A stretch of DNA of 64,000 bases, taken from assembly GCF_024223415.1 (NCBI RefSeq), contig NZ_CP100500.1; one strand, given 5' to 3'. This DNA comes from Escherichia coli (lineage in GTDB: Bacteria; Pseudomonadota; Gammaproteobacteria; Enterobacterales; Enterobacteriaceae). This document shows, in pieces, positions 8,803-18,539 of the stretch. A program made the position numbers and the translations under genes. The stretch's first letter is position 1. Each line of letters opens with the position of its first letter. Under the pieces are notes generated by a model, which was given only the letters and a program-made list of their open reading frames with translations, was not told the DNA's origin and did no database searches.

Positions 8803-10761
8803 TTACGCCGTACATTTCACCAGACCGCGGTGATCAACTGGCGCGACACCGGCGTCAATACGCACTTTCGTTGTCACGCCATCCACACTGAAGCCCTCCA
8901 TCTGATCAATATATGGCGTATCCACACCGTTGAGATAAGCCACTTCAATCGTATCGGAGCCTTTTGACGCAGCCAGGTAGAAGGTGGTCTGGCTGTTATC
9001 ATCAAGACGAGGCTCTGCAATAACGGTCGCAAAATCTTTCACCGGGTTAATAATACCGGCGTTAATGTCAGCCCCCTTGACACTTGAGGAGCGAATGACC
9101 TGGTTAGCAACAGACTCCATCGCCGTCGGTACCAGTACGAACGCAGGACGAATATTCAGATGACGCTCCCCCTCTTTCTGAACACGCATCAACTGGCGGG
9201 CTTTATCCAGCGATGCCACGTCCATTGCAGCGTCCTCCAGTACGTTTGCATGTTTCGCTTTATCGAACAGACTTACATTATCTGTGGAGATTTTCGGGTT
9301 AGACGTCAGAATGGCATAAACCAGATCGGCAATAGTGGATTTCGCCGCACGGCCCAGCTTCATCGGGACATCGGTCAGCATATTCAGATCATCATTGATA
9401 ATGGCCTGACGGGTGATACTGAACAGCTCGCCATAGGTCGCCAGTGCAATAGTGGCCTGTTTATCTCCGGTGGTGACGTATTTATATTCCGCCCCTTCAC
9501 GCACCTGACGCAGAGCACTGAAGCCCCCTATACCCACGCGATGGGCAATTTTAAAATCAGACAACTGACCTTTCCGCGTCCACTGTTCATAGGTTTCAGG
9601 GGCATCTTCCCAGCCCTGCAGAATGGCTTTGTTCGCAACATCCAGCAGAATATTACCGAAGTCAGACGTACTGTGTGTGAACGCCGCACCGACCATCTGC
9701 ATCGGGTTATAACCGGAAACCCCAATACCCCGTTCAGTCAGTGACATACGGGCATATTCACGCAGGGTCATCCCGTTGTAGACATTATCACGTTCGGTTT
9801 TTTCAAATCCGGCACGCGCCATCAGCGCCTGGCGGATCCCGTCCCCCACAAAATTACCGTTACCGGCATAAATATGAGCCGGGGTATTTTTATTGGATGG
9901 CGTGGACTCGCGCCCCATCTCGTTCAACAGCTTTTCGCGGGCCTGCTCCAGCGAACATTCAGGATCGGCAAGACACTGAGCCTGCAGCGTCTGATAACGC
10001 CCGCCAAACATGGCAAACAGATCATTAATACCGTTTACACGCGCTTTTTGCTCTGCCAGTACCTGCGCACGGATACTGTTTTCATCCACCACGGGTGCTG
10101 CTGCCTGCACTGGCGTCCGGGAGGCTGCAGGTTCATTATCCTGTACGCGTGGAGCACTGTTGCGTGGCGGAGTAATCATGTTTCGAATGGATTCCGGCAT
10201 CTTTTTAAATTCCTCTGTACGTTTTGACTGAATACATGCCATTGCCTTAACGGCTGGCGTCACCTGATCAGCAAATCCATGTGCCAGACATTCGGCACCG
10301 GACATCCAGGTCTCATCCGCCAGCATGGCAGCAATTTCATCGGTGGTTTTCCCGGTTTTCTGTGCATAAGCGGGTAACAGAACCGCCTCAACCTTATCGA
10401 GCAGGTCGGCATAGGTGCGCATGTCCTCCGCATCACCGCCCGTAAAGCCAAATGGTTTATGAATCATCATGAAGGTGTTTTCCGGCATAATGACCGGTTT
10501 TCCCACCATCGCAATGACCGACGCCATTGACGCCGCCACACCGTCGACATAAACGGTAATGGACGCACCATGTGTTTTCAGCGCATTAAAAATGGCGATG
10601 CCTTCAAAGACATCGCCACCCGGTGAATTGATATGGAGATTAATGTGGGTGATATCGCCCAGTGCATTCAGATCACTGATAAACTGCTTCGCTGTAACAC
10701 CCCAGAAACCAATCTCGTCATAAATATAAATATCCGCGTCACTCTGGTGACCAGCCTGCAT
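8803..10761 (-). CDS. Head maturation protease (ClpP/S14-like) fused to major capsid protein
   Basis: N-terminal region IYIYDEIGFWGVTAKQF...HINSPGGDVFEGIAIFNALK...MASVIAMVGKPV is ClpP-like; about 450 aa C-terminal domain; lies between portal and head-tail genes; start set at MQAGHQSD (ORF extends to 11022). Confidence 0.7.
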   Translation of the reverse strand: MQAGHQSDADIYIYDEIGFWGVTAKQFISDLNALGDITHINLHINSPGGDVFEGIAIFNALKTHGASITVYVDGVAASMASVIAMVGKPVIMPENTFMMIHKPFGFTGGDAEDMRTYADLLDKVEAVLLPAYAQKTGKTTDEIAAMLADETWMSGAECLAHGFADQVTPAVKAMACIQSKRTEEFKKMPESIRNMITPPRNSAPRVQDNEPAASRTPVQAAAPVVDENSIRAQVLAEQKARVNGINDLFAMFGGRYQTLQAQCLADPECSLEQAREKLLNEMGRESTPSNKNTPAHIYAGNGNFVGDGIRQALMARAGFEKTERDNVYNGMTLREYARMSLTERGIGVSGYNPMQMVGAAFTHSTSDFGNILLDVANKAILQGWEDAPETYEQWTRKGQLSDFKIAHRVGIGGFSALRQVREGAEYKYVTTGDKQATIALATYGELFSITRQAIINDDLNMLTDVPMKLGRAAKSTIADLVYAILTSNPKISTDNVSLFDKAKHANVLEDAAMDVASLDKARQLMRVQKEGERHLNIRPAFVLVPTAMESVANQVIRSSSVKGADINAGIINPVKDFATVIAEPRLDDNSQTTFYLAASKGSDTIEVAYLNGVDTPYIDQMEGFSVDGVTTKVRIDAGVAPVDHRGLVKCTA

Positions 10762-10774
10762 CCTGAACCAGGAA

Positions 10775-12355
10775 TTATTCTTCGGACTGGTCGTCGGTGT
10801 GCTGCGGCTCCTGTCGTTTCGTTGCGGCACTGCTGCCTCCTTTATCACTGGCCGGATCGGTATCAAATACCAGATCCAGCTTGCGGTTTTCATCAATTTC
10901 GGCCTTGCGCCGACGTTTGACATCATCCGGATTACGACCACCTGCACGTACCCAGTCTGATTCTGTCGCCGCTCCACCACGAATCTGGATTTTCCAGGCC
11001 TCAGCCTCCTTAACAGGGTCAATCCACGGCATCACCGGTCCGGAATACACCGCGGTATACAGTGAAGAACGGTCAAGATCGCGGGGTAGCCTGATAACAC
11101 CGGATGCCACAGCCTGTTTCAGCCAGGCACGGTACATCGGGCGGGTGACGGCACCAATAAACCAGTCCTGCAGGATCAGGTAGCCATCAGTGGATTCAAC
11201 CAGCTCCTGACGCTGGGCGCTGTAAGTGCCGTTATAGTTGCGCGCTGTACTGGAAAAACTCAGACGACTGCCAGCCGCCACTGCACGCAACTGACCATTA
11301 CGAAAAGTTTCAAGATTAGGATTGGGGCGATCCGACTTCACCATTCCGATTTCTTCGCCGGGTTTCAGATCGTCGTAAATAATGCCTGGCTGAATGGTAA
11401 GCTCGCGTTCCTTATCCTTGCTGCCATTACCATCCGGTTCATAGCTCTGCCCGTCGCCTTTGCGGATGTACATCCCCAGAGCAGCGGCGATCCTTGCTGC
11501 AGTCAGCTCATAATCTTCATAATCTTTCAGGGCACTGAGGCGGATCAGCACACCGGACAACAAAGACGTCCCGCGCATCTGGTGCAGACGGCGAACAAAT
11601 TTAAGATGCAGCATTCGCTCTGCATCCACTTCTTTGGTTTCCATCTGCCGTCCGGATACGGGACGGCTTTTATACACCAGATATTTTTCGGGACGCCCCC
11701 AGTCATCAACAAACACGCCCTGATTCAGCCTGTTGCTCTCATCACTGGTCATGGGAATAAAGTCCGGCTCGAGCGCCTCCAGCCAGAAATGAACACCGGC
11801 AGAAGGCGTCAGGCTGTTTATGCGCCCGGAAACCATCTGGGCAAACACCTCACCATCGCGCAGCCAGGTACGCAGCATCAGACGTTCCAGTATCGGACGG
11901 GTAAACTGCCCGGTGACTTCCGGGCTGACAGACCATTCACTCCATCGGGTGCGAATCTCCGCTGCCAGATCACGGGCAATGGCCCCATTGCGTAATACCG
12001 GATGTGGCTCGACAATAATCCCGTTTTTCCCCACCACCCGTTCTTCCCGCTTGTCAAATACACCAATAACCAGATCGTGGTTGTTATCAAGGTAACGGGC
12101 CTGCTCACGTAACGACACGGCCCCGTACTGGCTTAGCTGGTCGGCAGTTCGGTTCTCCCGTCGGGCTTTGTGTGTCCGCGTCGTTTTTACGGCTTCATAA
12201 GCCTGGATCACCGCACGGGAACGCAGCCTTGCCGCTTTCCATCCAGGTGAAAAAACGCCAATCACATCATCAAGAATTGCCATCAGAACCTCGCCAGCCG
12301 GTACCCGGGATGCCCCCGTCGTCGTGTAATCAGAGCCGCAAGGCGGCGCTCCCAC
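10775..12355 (-). CDS. Portal protein (lambda gpB-like family); true start possibly 12283
   Basis: 526 aa ORF immediately downstream of terminase/W; portal-like size and position. Confidence 0.75.
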   Translation of the reverse strand: MGAPPCGSDYTTTGASRVPAGEVLMAILDDVIGVFSPGWKAARLRSRAVIQAYEAVKTTRTHKARRENRTADQLSQYGAVSLREQARYLDNNHDLVIGVFDKREERVVGKNGIIVEPHPVLRNGAIARDLAAEIRTRWSEWSVSPEVTGQFTRPILERLMLRTWLRDGEVFAQMVSGRINSLTPSAGVHFWLEALEPDFIPMTSDESNRLNQGVFVDDWGRPEKYLVYKSRPVSGRQMETKEVDAERMLHLKFVRRLHQMRGTSLLSGVLIRLSALKDYEDYELTAARIAAALGMYIRKGDGQSYEPDGNGSKDKERELTIQPGIIYDDLKPGEEIGMVKSDRPNPNLETFRNGQLRAVAAGSRLSFSSTARNYNGTYSAQRQELVESTDGYLILQDWFIGAVTRPMYRAWLKQAVASGVIRLPRDLDRSSLYTAVYSGPVMPWIDPVKEAEAWKIQIRGGAATESDWVRAGGRNPDDVKRRRKAEIDENRKLDLVFDTDPASDKGGSSAATKRQEPQHTDDQSEE

Positions 12356-12501
12356 TCCTGCCGTCCCTGCCGGATCTCAGATAAGTTTTCCATGGTCATC
12401 TGCTGACCATTAAAGGTGACGGATTTTCCGTCCAGCACCGCCATTTCAGCTTCCATATAACGCTGAATCATGGCTTCGATATCATTCTGGTTCATAACCA
12501 T
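12283..12501 (-). CDS. Head-tail joining protein W-like
   Basis: 72 aa, ends ...RRRGHPGYRLARF; lambda gpW-like size, position after terminase large subunit. Confidence 0.6.
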   Translation of the reverse strand: MVMNQNDIEAMIQRYMEAEMAVLDGKSVTFNGQQMTMENLSEIRQGRQEWERRLAALITRRRGHPGYRLARF

Positions 12502-14594
12502 CCTCCGGAAGTCAGCCAGGGGTTAACATCGTCAGTTACTGTTTTCTTCCGTTTTTGTTTTTTAACAGGCGTGGATACCGGTTCCGGTGAGGATGACGGT
12601 TCGGTACTGTCCTGGACACACTCCAGCCAGGTTTCCCGGCTCGCCCACTCCGGTGCATCCGGCCAGCGGATCTTTTCGTATCCATGCAGAATGACCAGAG
12701 CCTCGGCATACACCATCAGGTCAAAAGCTTCGTTGGCACCGCGACCCGGCTTACTCCATTTCCCGTCACTGCTCCGCTCTTCATACGTCAGTTCGTCGTA
12801 AAACCAGCTCCCCAGCCAGTCAGGGAAATGCACATAGCCGGGACCTGGCGAGTCACGCCATAACGCGTTATTCACCCGGTCTTTCAGTGCATCCGTCTGA
12901 AGAAGCCAGAGCGGCACATCACCTGCGGCCTGCGCCCGTCGGCCCGTTCGTCCGGTGTTATCAGGGAATGTACGGGTGATCAGTTTTGCGCGCCGGATGC
13001 TGTCGCCCTTAAACAGGTAAATACGTTTACCAAGGCCATCACGACGGCAACGACGCCAGAATTTATAGGCATTATCAGTGACCCCGTCTTCACCGCCGGA
13101 GTCCACCGCCATTGCCATCAGTCGCATTTGTTGAGAAGGATCGGAGGCCAGCGGCCAGCTTTTATGAAAAACATCCGTCAGCAGGACATCCCAGTCTTCC
13201 GGATAGCTGGCCGGATCAATTCGCTGGCTCTCCCCGTCGCTGTCACCGCGCAATGACTGCGTGATGTTGTAACGATCAATAATCCAGCGTTCGCCACGGC
13301 TGCCATAGCCCGTTACCTGAACCACAAAACGGCGATGACGTCCCGCCTGCACATCCACTGTCGCCACAAGGAAATTAACGCCATCCGGCACACTGCGGGA
13401 AGGAACTGGCTCTGCCCGCTGCTCAAGCAGTTCACTTTTTCGTTGCTCCATGCTGGCGCGGGGAAGATAAGGTAATCCCCAGTCGGTATTGATAACCGTC
13501 TTGAGTGTTTCTTCACTTCCGGTTGTCTCGTATTCCTGTTCTGCAGTAAGCAGTTTGTAAACGAGTTGCGAGAGTGTCTGGTAAGCAGCTGCCGGACCCT
13601 CCATCCAGAATGACGCAATACGTGAGCGTCGGGGATCACCATAACGACTGCCATCCGCATTGATGGATTCACCATCCCGCAACCAGACCCCACGTCCGTT
13701 CAGCTCACGTTTGTGTTCAGGCATAATCCGTCCTGAACAGGAAGGACACTGAATATAAGCCGCCTCACTTGCCAGCACGGGATCGGCAATATCACGGAAA
13801 CCAGCAACCACATCGCCGCAGGGCTGAAAATACTCACCACAGTGTGGACAGGGCCAGTACCAGCGACGGCGATCACCACGGTTATAGAGCGACAGGATCC
13901 CCGTGGTTGGTGGAGCCTCATGCGGTGAAGTCCGTCGCCATTTCACATCCTTCACATCCCTGCCGGGGGAACTCTCCACCAACGTCATACCGCTGGACAT
14001 AAATGTGGTGGTACGTTTTGAGGCAAGAGAGAAGGCATCCCCCTCGCCATCAATATCTTCCGGAAAACGGTCATAATCCGTCAGCGCGACGCATTTATAA
14101 TCTGATGAGGACATGATATTGACTGACGGCCAGCCGATTTTCAGGTAGTTGCCAGCAAGGAATGTTCTGTCATAAACGTTGTTGTCATTTTTGTTCGGAC
14201 TCAGGCGACTGACCACTTCCGGGCTGACGCGAAACGTTCTGGCGAGTCGTTTTTTGGAGTGTTCGCGGGCTTTTTCCTCCGTCATCTGAATGATCAGCAT
14301 ATCAGCAGGATCGCAAATCACGTTGTAAATCACCCAGCCGTCAATCAGGCCGATAGTCTTGCCGGTTCGTGCCGGGCCAACAAATATCACTGCGTCGTAT
14401 TCACGCGAGGCCAGGCAGTTCATCGGCTCAATAACATACGGTGCCACCAGCGGATCCCACGGGACTGAGTTCCCGGCCCCCATGGGCACCCGCATATACT
14501 GAGCAACGGCATCAGCAACCCGCATTCGTCTCGGTGCGCGAAGGATATAACCTGAATCGGTTCGTGCTGCCTTTGCGGTTTCCTGATTCAGCAT
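12492..14594 (-). CDS. Terminase large subunit (lambda gpA family)
   Basis: 700 aa; N-terminal ATPase region with FVGPARTGKT Walker A; lambda A-like. Confidence 0.9.
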   Translation of the reverse strand: MLNQETAKAARTDSGYILRAPRRMRVADAVAQYMRVPMGAGNSVPWDPLVAPYVIEPMNCLASREYDAVIFVGPARTGKTIGLIDGWVIYNVICDPADMLIIQMTEEKAREHSKKRLARTFRVSPEVVSRLSPNKNDNNVYDRTFLAGNYLKIGWPSVNIMSSSDYKCVALTDYDRFPEDIDGEGDAFSLASKRTTTFMSSGMTLVESSPGRDVKDVKWRRTSPHEAPPTTGILSLYNRGDRRRWYWPCPHCGEYFQPCGDVVAGFRDIADPVLASEAAYIQCPSCSGRIMPEHKRELNGRGVWLRDGESINADGSRYGDPRRSRIASFWMEGPAAAYQTLSQLVYKLLTAEQEYETTGSEETLKTVINTDWGLPYLPRASMEQRKSELLEQRAEPVPSRSVPDGVNFLVATVDVQAGRHRRFVVQVTGYGSRGERWIIDRYNITQSLRGDSDGESQRIDPASYPEDWDVLLTDVFHKSWPLASDPSQQMRLMAMAVDSGGEDGVTDNAYKFWRRCRRDGLGKRIYLFKGDSIRRAKLITRTFPDNTGRTGRRAQAAGDVPLWLLQTDALKDRVNNALWRDSPGPGYVHFPDWLGSWFYDELTYEERSSDGKWSKPGRGANEAFDLMVYAEALVILHGYEKIRWPDAPEWASRETWLECVQDSTEPSSSPEPVSTPVKKQKRKKTVTDDVNPWLTSGGWL

Positions 14595-15088
14595 TACTCC
14601 TCCTGCTGTAATTCCTCCTCATCATCCGCACCTGCTTCAGTCACCCGCAGGGCTATCTGATCGCGCAGATCATCAATAATGGACTGAACACGGCTCACAG
14701 CGGCAGGCTGCAGACCGCAGTCACGTTCAAGAATATCCGGTAATGTCTCCAGCACCTGCACGACCGCTTTTGCCCAGATGGCAAACTCCCGTCTGACATC
14801 ACTGGCCGGAATGAGTTGTGCCGTTTCCTGTTCGAACTTAAGACGCTCACGTTCAGACTGATACCAGGCTTTGCGCTCATGCGCGTCCATTTCGCCTTCT
14901 GCAACCGGCGGTGGTAATGCCAGAAATGCCGACACAATATCAACCACCCGATAAAGCTTGAGGTTGCTTTCATGCCCCCCTGCAACGGGTAGATTTTGCA
15001 GCCTTGCCGCAGCAGTCTGGCGATGTACACCTGACAGTGCCGCCAGTTGACTGATATTAAGCGTCAGATTTTTTAACTCTCGATCCAT
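14594..15088 (-). CDS. Terminase small subunit (Nu1-like)
   Basis: 164 aa; N-terminal HTH LNISQLAALSGVHRQTAAARL; acidic C-terminus; precedes terminase large subunit. Confidence 0.75.
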   Translation of the reverse strand: MDRELKNLTLNISQLAALSGVHRQTAAARLQNLPVAGGHESNLKLYRVVDIVSAFLALPPPVAEGEMDAHERKAWYQSERERLKFEQETAQLIPASDVRREFAIWAKAVVQVLETLPDILERDCGLQPAAVSRVQSIIDDLRDQIALRVTEAGADDEEELQQEE

Positions 15089-15409
15089 ACCCGCTCCAGA
15101 ATGTTTTAAACATGCATCTTGCGAACAACTTTAGGCAAACGGTGTTAGTGATGAACAAAAAACAATCAAAATCGACACTACAAAAATAAAACCACTGTAA
15201 TATCAATCTATTACAGTAGTGGTGATGACGAATGAAATTTCAAAAACTAGCCTTTTTCCGCGATGCTCCCGCCCCGTGCCAGCCTCCCCCATTAGGAGGA
15301 CCCACATTTCTTATCAGGTATTCAAAACGCCCACCTCAATGAGGTCGGATCAGATTGATGTGAGAGAACAAATCATGCAAACTATCTAAGCTCATGGTAA
15401 GAAGTAGCA

Positions 15410-15835
15410 GTGACAAGAGGATATTTCCTGATGGAGCAGGCAAATATTTTTCAAGAGATATTCGAACACGTTAGAAGTAATTTATACTTCCCATGGTTTT
15501 ACTCCGAATTAAAACGCCATAATATTGCGCATTATATTTATTATCTGGCTACTGATAATATAAGACTAATTACTCATGATGATAATGTTTTATTAGTTCG
15601 AGGCAGTAGAGGACTTGTGAAAGTTAGCACATCAAAAAAACCAGAGTTAATTAAAGAAGCAGCCAGGAATCTTATATCAGGTAAATCTACATTTCACCAA
15701 TATCGTCTCACTTTAGCAAAAGCAGGTGTTTATCGCTGGATTACAGATATAGATAAAAACATACGGTTTTACTATTCGTTTGATCACGATCTTTTGTACA
15801 TGGAAGATGTTGAAAATAACAGACCATTAATATAG
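15410..15835 (+). CDS. Hypothetical protein (AT-rich orphan cargo gene)
   Basis: 141 aa ORF on opposite strand to the late operon in an AT-rich island between Rz and terminase; Tyr/Asn/Ile-rich; no recognisable family. Confidence 0.4.
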   Translation: MTRGYFLMEQANIFQEIFEHVRSNLYFPWFYSELKRHNIAHYIYYLATDNIRLITHDDNVLLVRGSRGLVKVSTSKKPELIKEAARNLISGKSTFHQYRLTLAKAGVYRWITDIDKNIRFYYSFDHDLLYMEDVENNRPLI

Positions 15836-16152
15836 GAATTAATTAAATCAGCAGTCCGGTTTCATACACCTCTGTACCGGACTAGCTGCATGAAGAGCAA
15901 ACCCGCGAAGCATAAAAGCGGTAAACCCAGGTGTGTATCGTTTTTTATTATTCCCACACACTCGTGCTCCCCGTCGGACTACACTCATGGTTAACGAAGG
16001 AATACAGCGACGATACGGCGCACAGAAATAAATCAGGCATCTATTGACCTCATAAAAACGATGCATTGCCTTGCTATGAGTAATGGTGTCAATTAAAGCT
16101 TTGGCTCTCTCTAGCCCCGGCGAATCTTCAGCGGATTATCCTTGGCCGGTTT

Positions 16153-16617
16153 TTATCTGAGGCATTGCTCTCGAATGTATAGCTGTGCCCCTTCAAGTTG
16201 TTTTTGCATTATTATCAGTCGCTCTCTGAGGGTGAAATAATCCCGTTCAGCGGTGTCTGCCAGTCGGGGGGCGGCTGCATTACCCACGCCGGAGGCGGCG
16301 GTGGCTTCACGCACGGTCTGACAGACTGCTCTGATGCGCAACCGACGACGACCAGCGGCAATATCATCACGAAGAGCATCATTTTCAGCTTTCGCATCAG
16401 CTAATTCCTTCAGGTATTTTGCATCGAGTGCAGTAATATCACGCTGGCGCTGCTGCATGTCAGTAATGGCTGCATTCGCCTGGCTGAGTTTTGTCTTCGC
16501 ATCATCTCTCTGCTCTTTGTAGATGATGGCATTATCGCGGTAATGGGCTATTGCCAGCAACAGCGCACCACTGACCACCAGTAGAATAACAATCACCGCA
16601 TACAGAACCCGTTTCAT
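16153..16617 (-). CDS. Rz i-spanin
   Basis: From MKRVLYAVIVILLVVSG (N-terminal TM) with coiled-coil periplasmic region; Rz1 ORF embedded in +1 frame. Confidence 0.85.
   Translation of the reverse strand: MKRVLYAVIVILLVVSGALLLAIAHYRDNAIIYKEQRDDAKTKLSQANAAITDMQQRQRDITALDAKYLKELADAKAENDALRDDIAAGRRRLRIRAVCQTVREATAASGVGNAAAPRLADTAERDYFTLRERLIIMQKQLEGAQLYIREQCLR
16215..16397 (-). CDS. Rz1 o-spanin lipoprotein (embedded in Rz)
   Basis: 60 aa; lipobox LVVVGC and Pro-rich body PPPPPAWVMQPPPDWQTP; fully nested within Rz in another frame. Confidence 0.8.
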   Translation of the reverse strand: MRKLKMMLFVMILPLVVVGCASEQSVRPCVKPPPPPAWVMQPPPDWQTPLNGIISPSESD

Positions 16618-16914
16618 TTCACCACCAGCGTATCTGAGCAATGAAATAACCGGAGGCCATAATCGCAAACACCAGCCAGAAAAGAATGAATTTCCAGGTG
16701 GATAATTTTTCAGCCATAGTTCGAATCTCCCGAATCAGTTTGCTAAAATCAAACACACTTTCTCCTTTGGCTTTTCCGGAGTCAGGAAACACAAAAAACC
16801 CGACTGTTCGCGCAATCGGGGGTCTGCTCTTATTCACTACTTCAATTCATTTATGACTAATATCGTGTTATCCACCCGCGTTGGCCAACGTCATTTTTCA
16901 GAGAAATATTCTGC

Positions 16915-17448
16915 TTATCTGTCGATCCCCCAGCACACTAACGCGCTCTCCTGATCACGACGAATAACCTGACCGTAACAGTTATTTGAACGAATGCGGC
17001 AATCACGCCCCCTGTCCTTAATCCACCAGCGAATCGCCTCGCATGCACCTTTACGATCACCAGCATTCAGCCGTTTATAAAACGTCGACGGAAAACACTT
17101 ACCGGGGCCAATGTTATAGGGACAAAATGACGCGATACCCGCTTTTTGTGGTTCGGTCAGTGGTACTTTAATATTGCGCTCCACCCATGCCAGAGCCTTA
17201 TCACGCTCAATAGCGTTAACCTGGTCGCATTTTTCCTTCGACAGTTTCATATTGGGAAAAACGGGTTTTCCATCCACCACTGTGGCACCCCGACAGATGG
17301 TCCATATGCCGGAACCATCACGGTATGCCATTGTGTGGTTACCTTCTTTTTCGTCCAGAAACTGGTCAAGTATCTGAGGAGCAGATGCACCAGCACCAAT
17401 CAGCGCCAGAACGGCAGCCGACAGGCCGTATTTGACTTTTACGTTCAT
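16915..17448 (-). CDS. SAR endolysin (phage lysozyme)
   Basis: 177 aa; N-terminal signal-anchor-like hydrophobic stretch YGLSAAVLALIGAGASA followed by lysozyme-like region (…GSGIWTICRG…). Confidence 0.8.
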   Translation of the reverse strand: MNVKVKYGLSAAVLALIGAGASAPQILDQFLDEKEGNHTMAYRDGSGIWTICRGATVVDGKPVFPNMKLSKEKCDQVNAIERDKALAWVERNIKVPLTEPQKAGIASFCPYNIGPGKCFPSTFYKRLNAGDRKGACEAIRWWIKDRGRDCRIRSNNCYGQVIRRDQESALVCWGIDR

Positions 17449-17553
17449 GGATATTTATCAGGATTTATCGATTTCTGAACCCAGGATATGTTTATCTGTC
17501 CCAACCTGTTGAATCAGGCGGAGAACAGGTAAATACAATCAAGAGGATTATTT

Positions 17554-17826
17554 ATGGACAATAACACCATTTCTCTTCAGGAGTTGCTCGACTGCATTTC
17601 CAGGCTTCGGGATGATGTTAATGCCCTTACTGTCGCATTTTCATATCTGGCATTGTCAATTCCCAGGGAACAAATGCAACCAACACTGGCATCGCTCCAG
17701 CTTGAATCACACAGCCCAAAATGGTCCCAGGAACAACAAAATTCCTTCAAGTGGCTGGTGGCATTACTGGAAGATAAATATGCTGTTAAAATTAAAATTC
17801 CGGCGGAGTCTTCAGAGAACCAGTAA
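17554..17826 (+). CDS. Hypothetical protein (inserted in lysis cassette)
   Basis: 90 aa ORF with AAGAGG RBS about 6 nt upstream and promoter-like TTGAAT/TAAATA; convergent with the 114-aa ORF. Confidence 0.4.
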   Translation: MDNNTISLQELLDCISRLRDDVNALTVAFSYLALSIPREQMQPTLASLQLESHSPKWSQEQQNSFKWLVALLEDKYAVKIKIPAESSENQ

Positions 17827-18136
17827 TTTTTCCCGGTAGCTTTACTTTGTAAGTTATCCACACATTCTGCGCCTCTAAAATTATGGGGTGCTTTTCTGGC
17901 GACAGCTCATTCCCTTCACATAACCCGGCAGCAACATCCAGGAAGACCTGTCTGATTCTCCTTCTGGCTGCTGCCTCATAAAACTCCAGTGCAGCACCTT
18001 CAACACGATCCATAGTGATATCAAGGTCAAAAATCTCACCGTCAAAGCGTTCTTTGTCTTGTAAGGCTAAAGTTACCGCAACTTTATTCTCAAAATTACG
18101 GACTCCTTTCACAACCAGTTCGTAGACTTGAGTCAT
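17792..18136 (-). CDS. Hypothetical protein between holin and endolysin
   Basis: 114 aa ORF starting 5 nt after the holin stop on the same strand; no TM segment, no recognisable family. Confidence 0.45.
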   Translation of the reverse strand: MTQVYELVVKGVRNFENKVAVTLALQDKERFDGEIFDLDITMDRVEGAALEFYEAAARRRIRQVFLDVAAGLCEGNELSPEKHPIILEAQNVWITYKVKLPGKITGSLKTPPEF

Positions 18137-18140
18137 TGGA

Positions 18141-18356
18141 TTACTCTCCTCTCTCAGCCTTACGCCTGTCTTCTTTAATCTTGAAATAAAGGTTAGTCAG
18201 ATACGTCAGCATGCCAAATACCAGACTACCCAATACACCTATTGCCGCCCACTGTGAGGGCGTGACTTTATCGAGCAACTGTAAAAACCAGTAGCCAGCA
18301 CTGCCTGCAGAGGTGCCGTAGGCGATGCCCGTTGTTAACTTATCCATGGATTTCAT
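18141..18356 (-). CDS. Holin/pinholin (S21-like, class II) with dual-start motif
   Basis: 71 aa from [28 protein letters not shown]...; two TM segments; the M-K-S-M dual start suggests holin/antiholin forms. Confidence 0.8.
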   Translation of the reverse strand: MKSMDKLTTGIAYGTSAGSAGYWFLQLLDKVTPSQWAAIGVLGSLVFGMLTYLTNLYFKIKEDRRKAERGE

Positions 18357-18445
18357 AGCCTCACCTCCGCAGATAACGGATGGTGTACACGGTTTGGTTC
18401 GAAGAAGGAAAAAAGTTACATTAACGTAAGGCCCGAACATCTATT

Positions 18446-18478
18446 CAAAAAGAAAAACGCCAGCAATTATTCTGGCGT
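18446..18478 (-). terminator. Rho-independent terminator downstream of AraC gene, upstream of holin
   Basis: Minus-strand hairpin ACGCCAG-loop-CTGGCGT followed by a T-run. Confidence 0.5.
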
Positions 18479-18539
18479 AGCTGAAAGCATCATACAATTA
18501 TCAAATACGAAAATTACAAAATCATTAAAACGCATCACG

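Noticed and set aside
9160-9744. 194-aa plus-strand ORF inside the protease-capsid gene
   Set aside because: Antisense to a well-supported structural gene; spurious.
16619-16837. Full-length 72-aa ORF upstream of Rz
   Set aside because: Its N-terminal part overlaps the terminator-like hairpin downstream of the endolysin; only the C-terminal 32-aa TM segment is plausible and is noted as a low-confidence finding.
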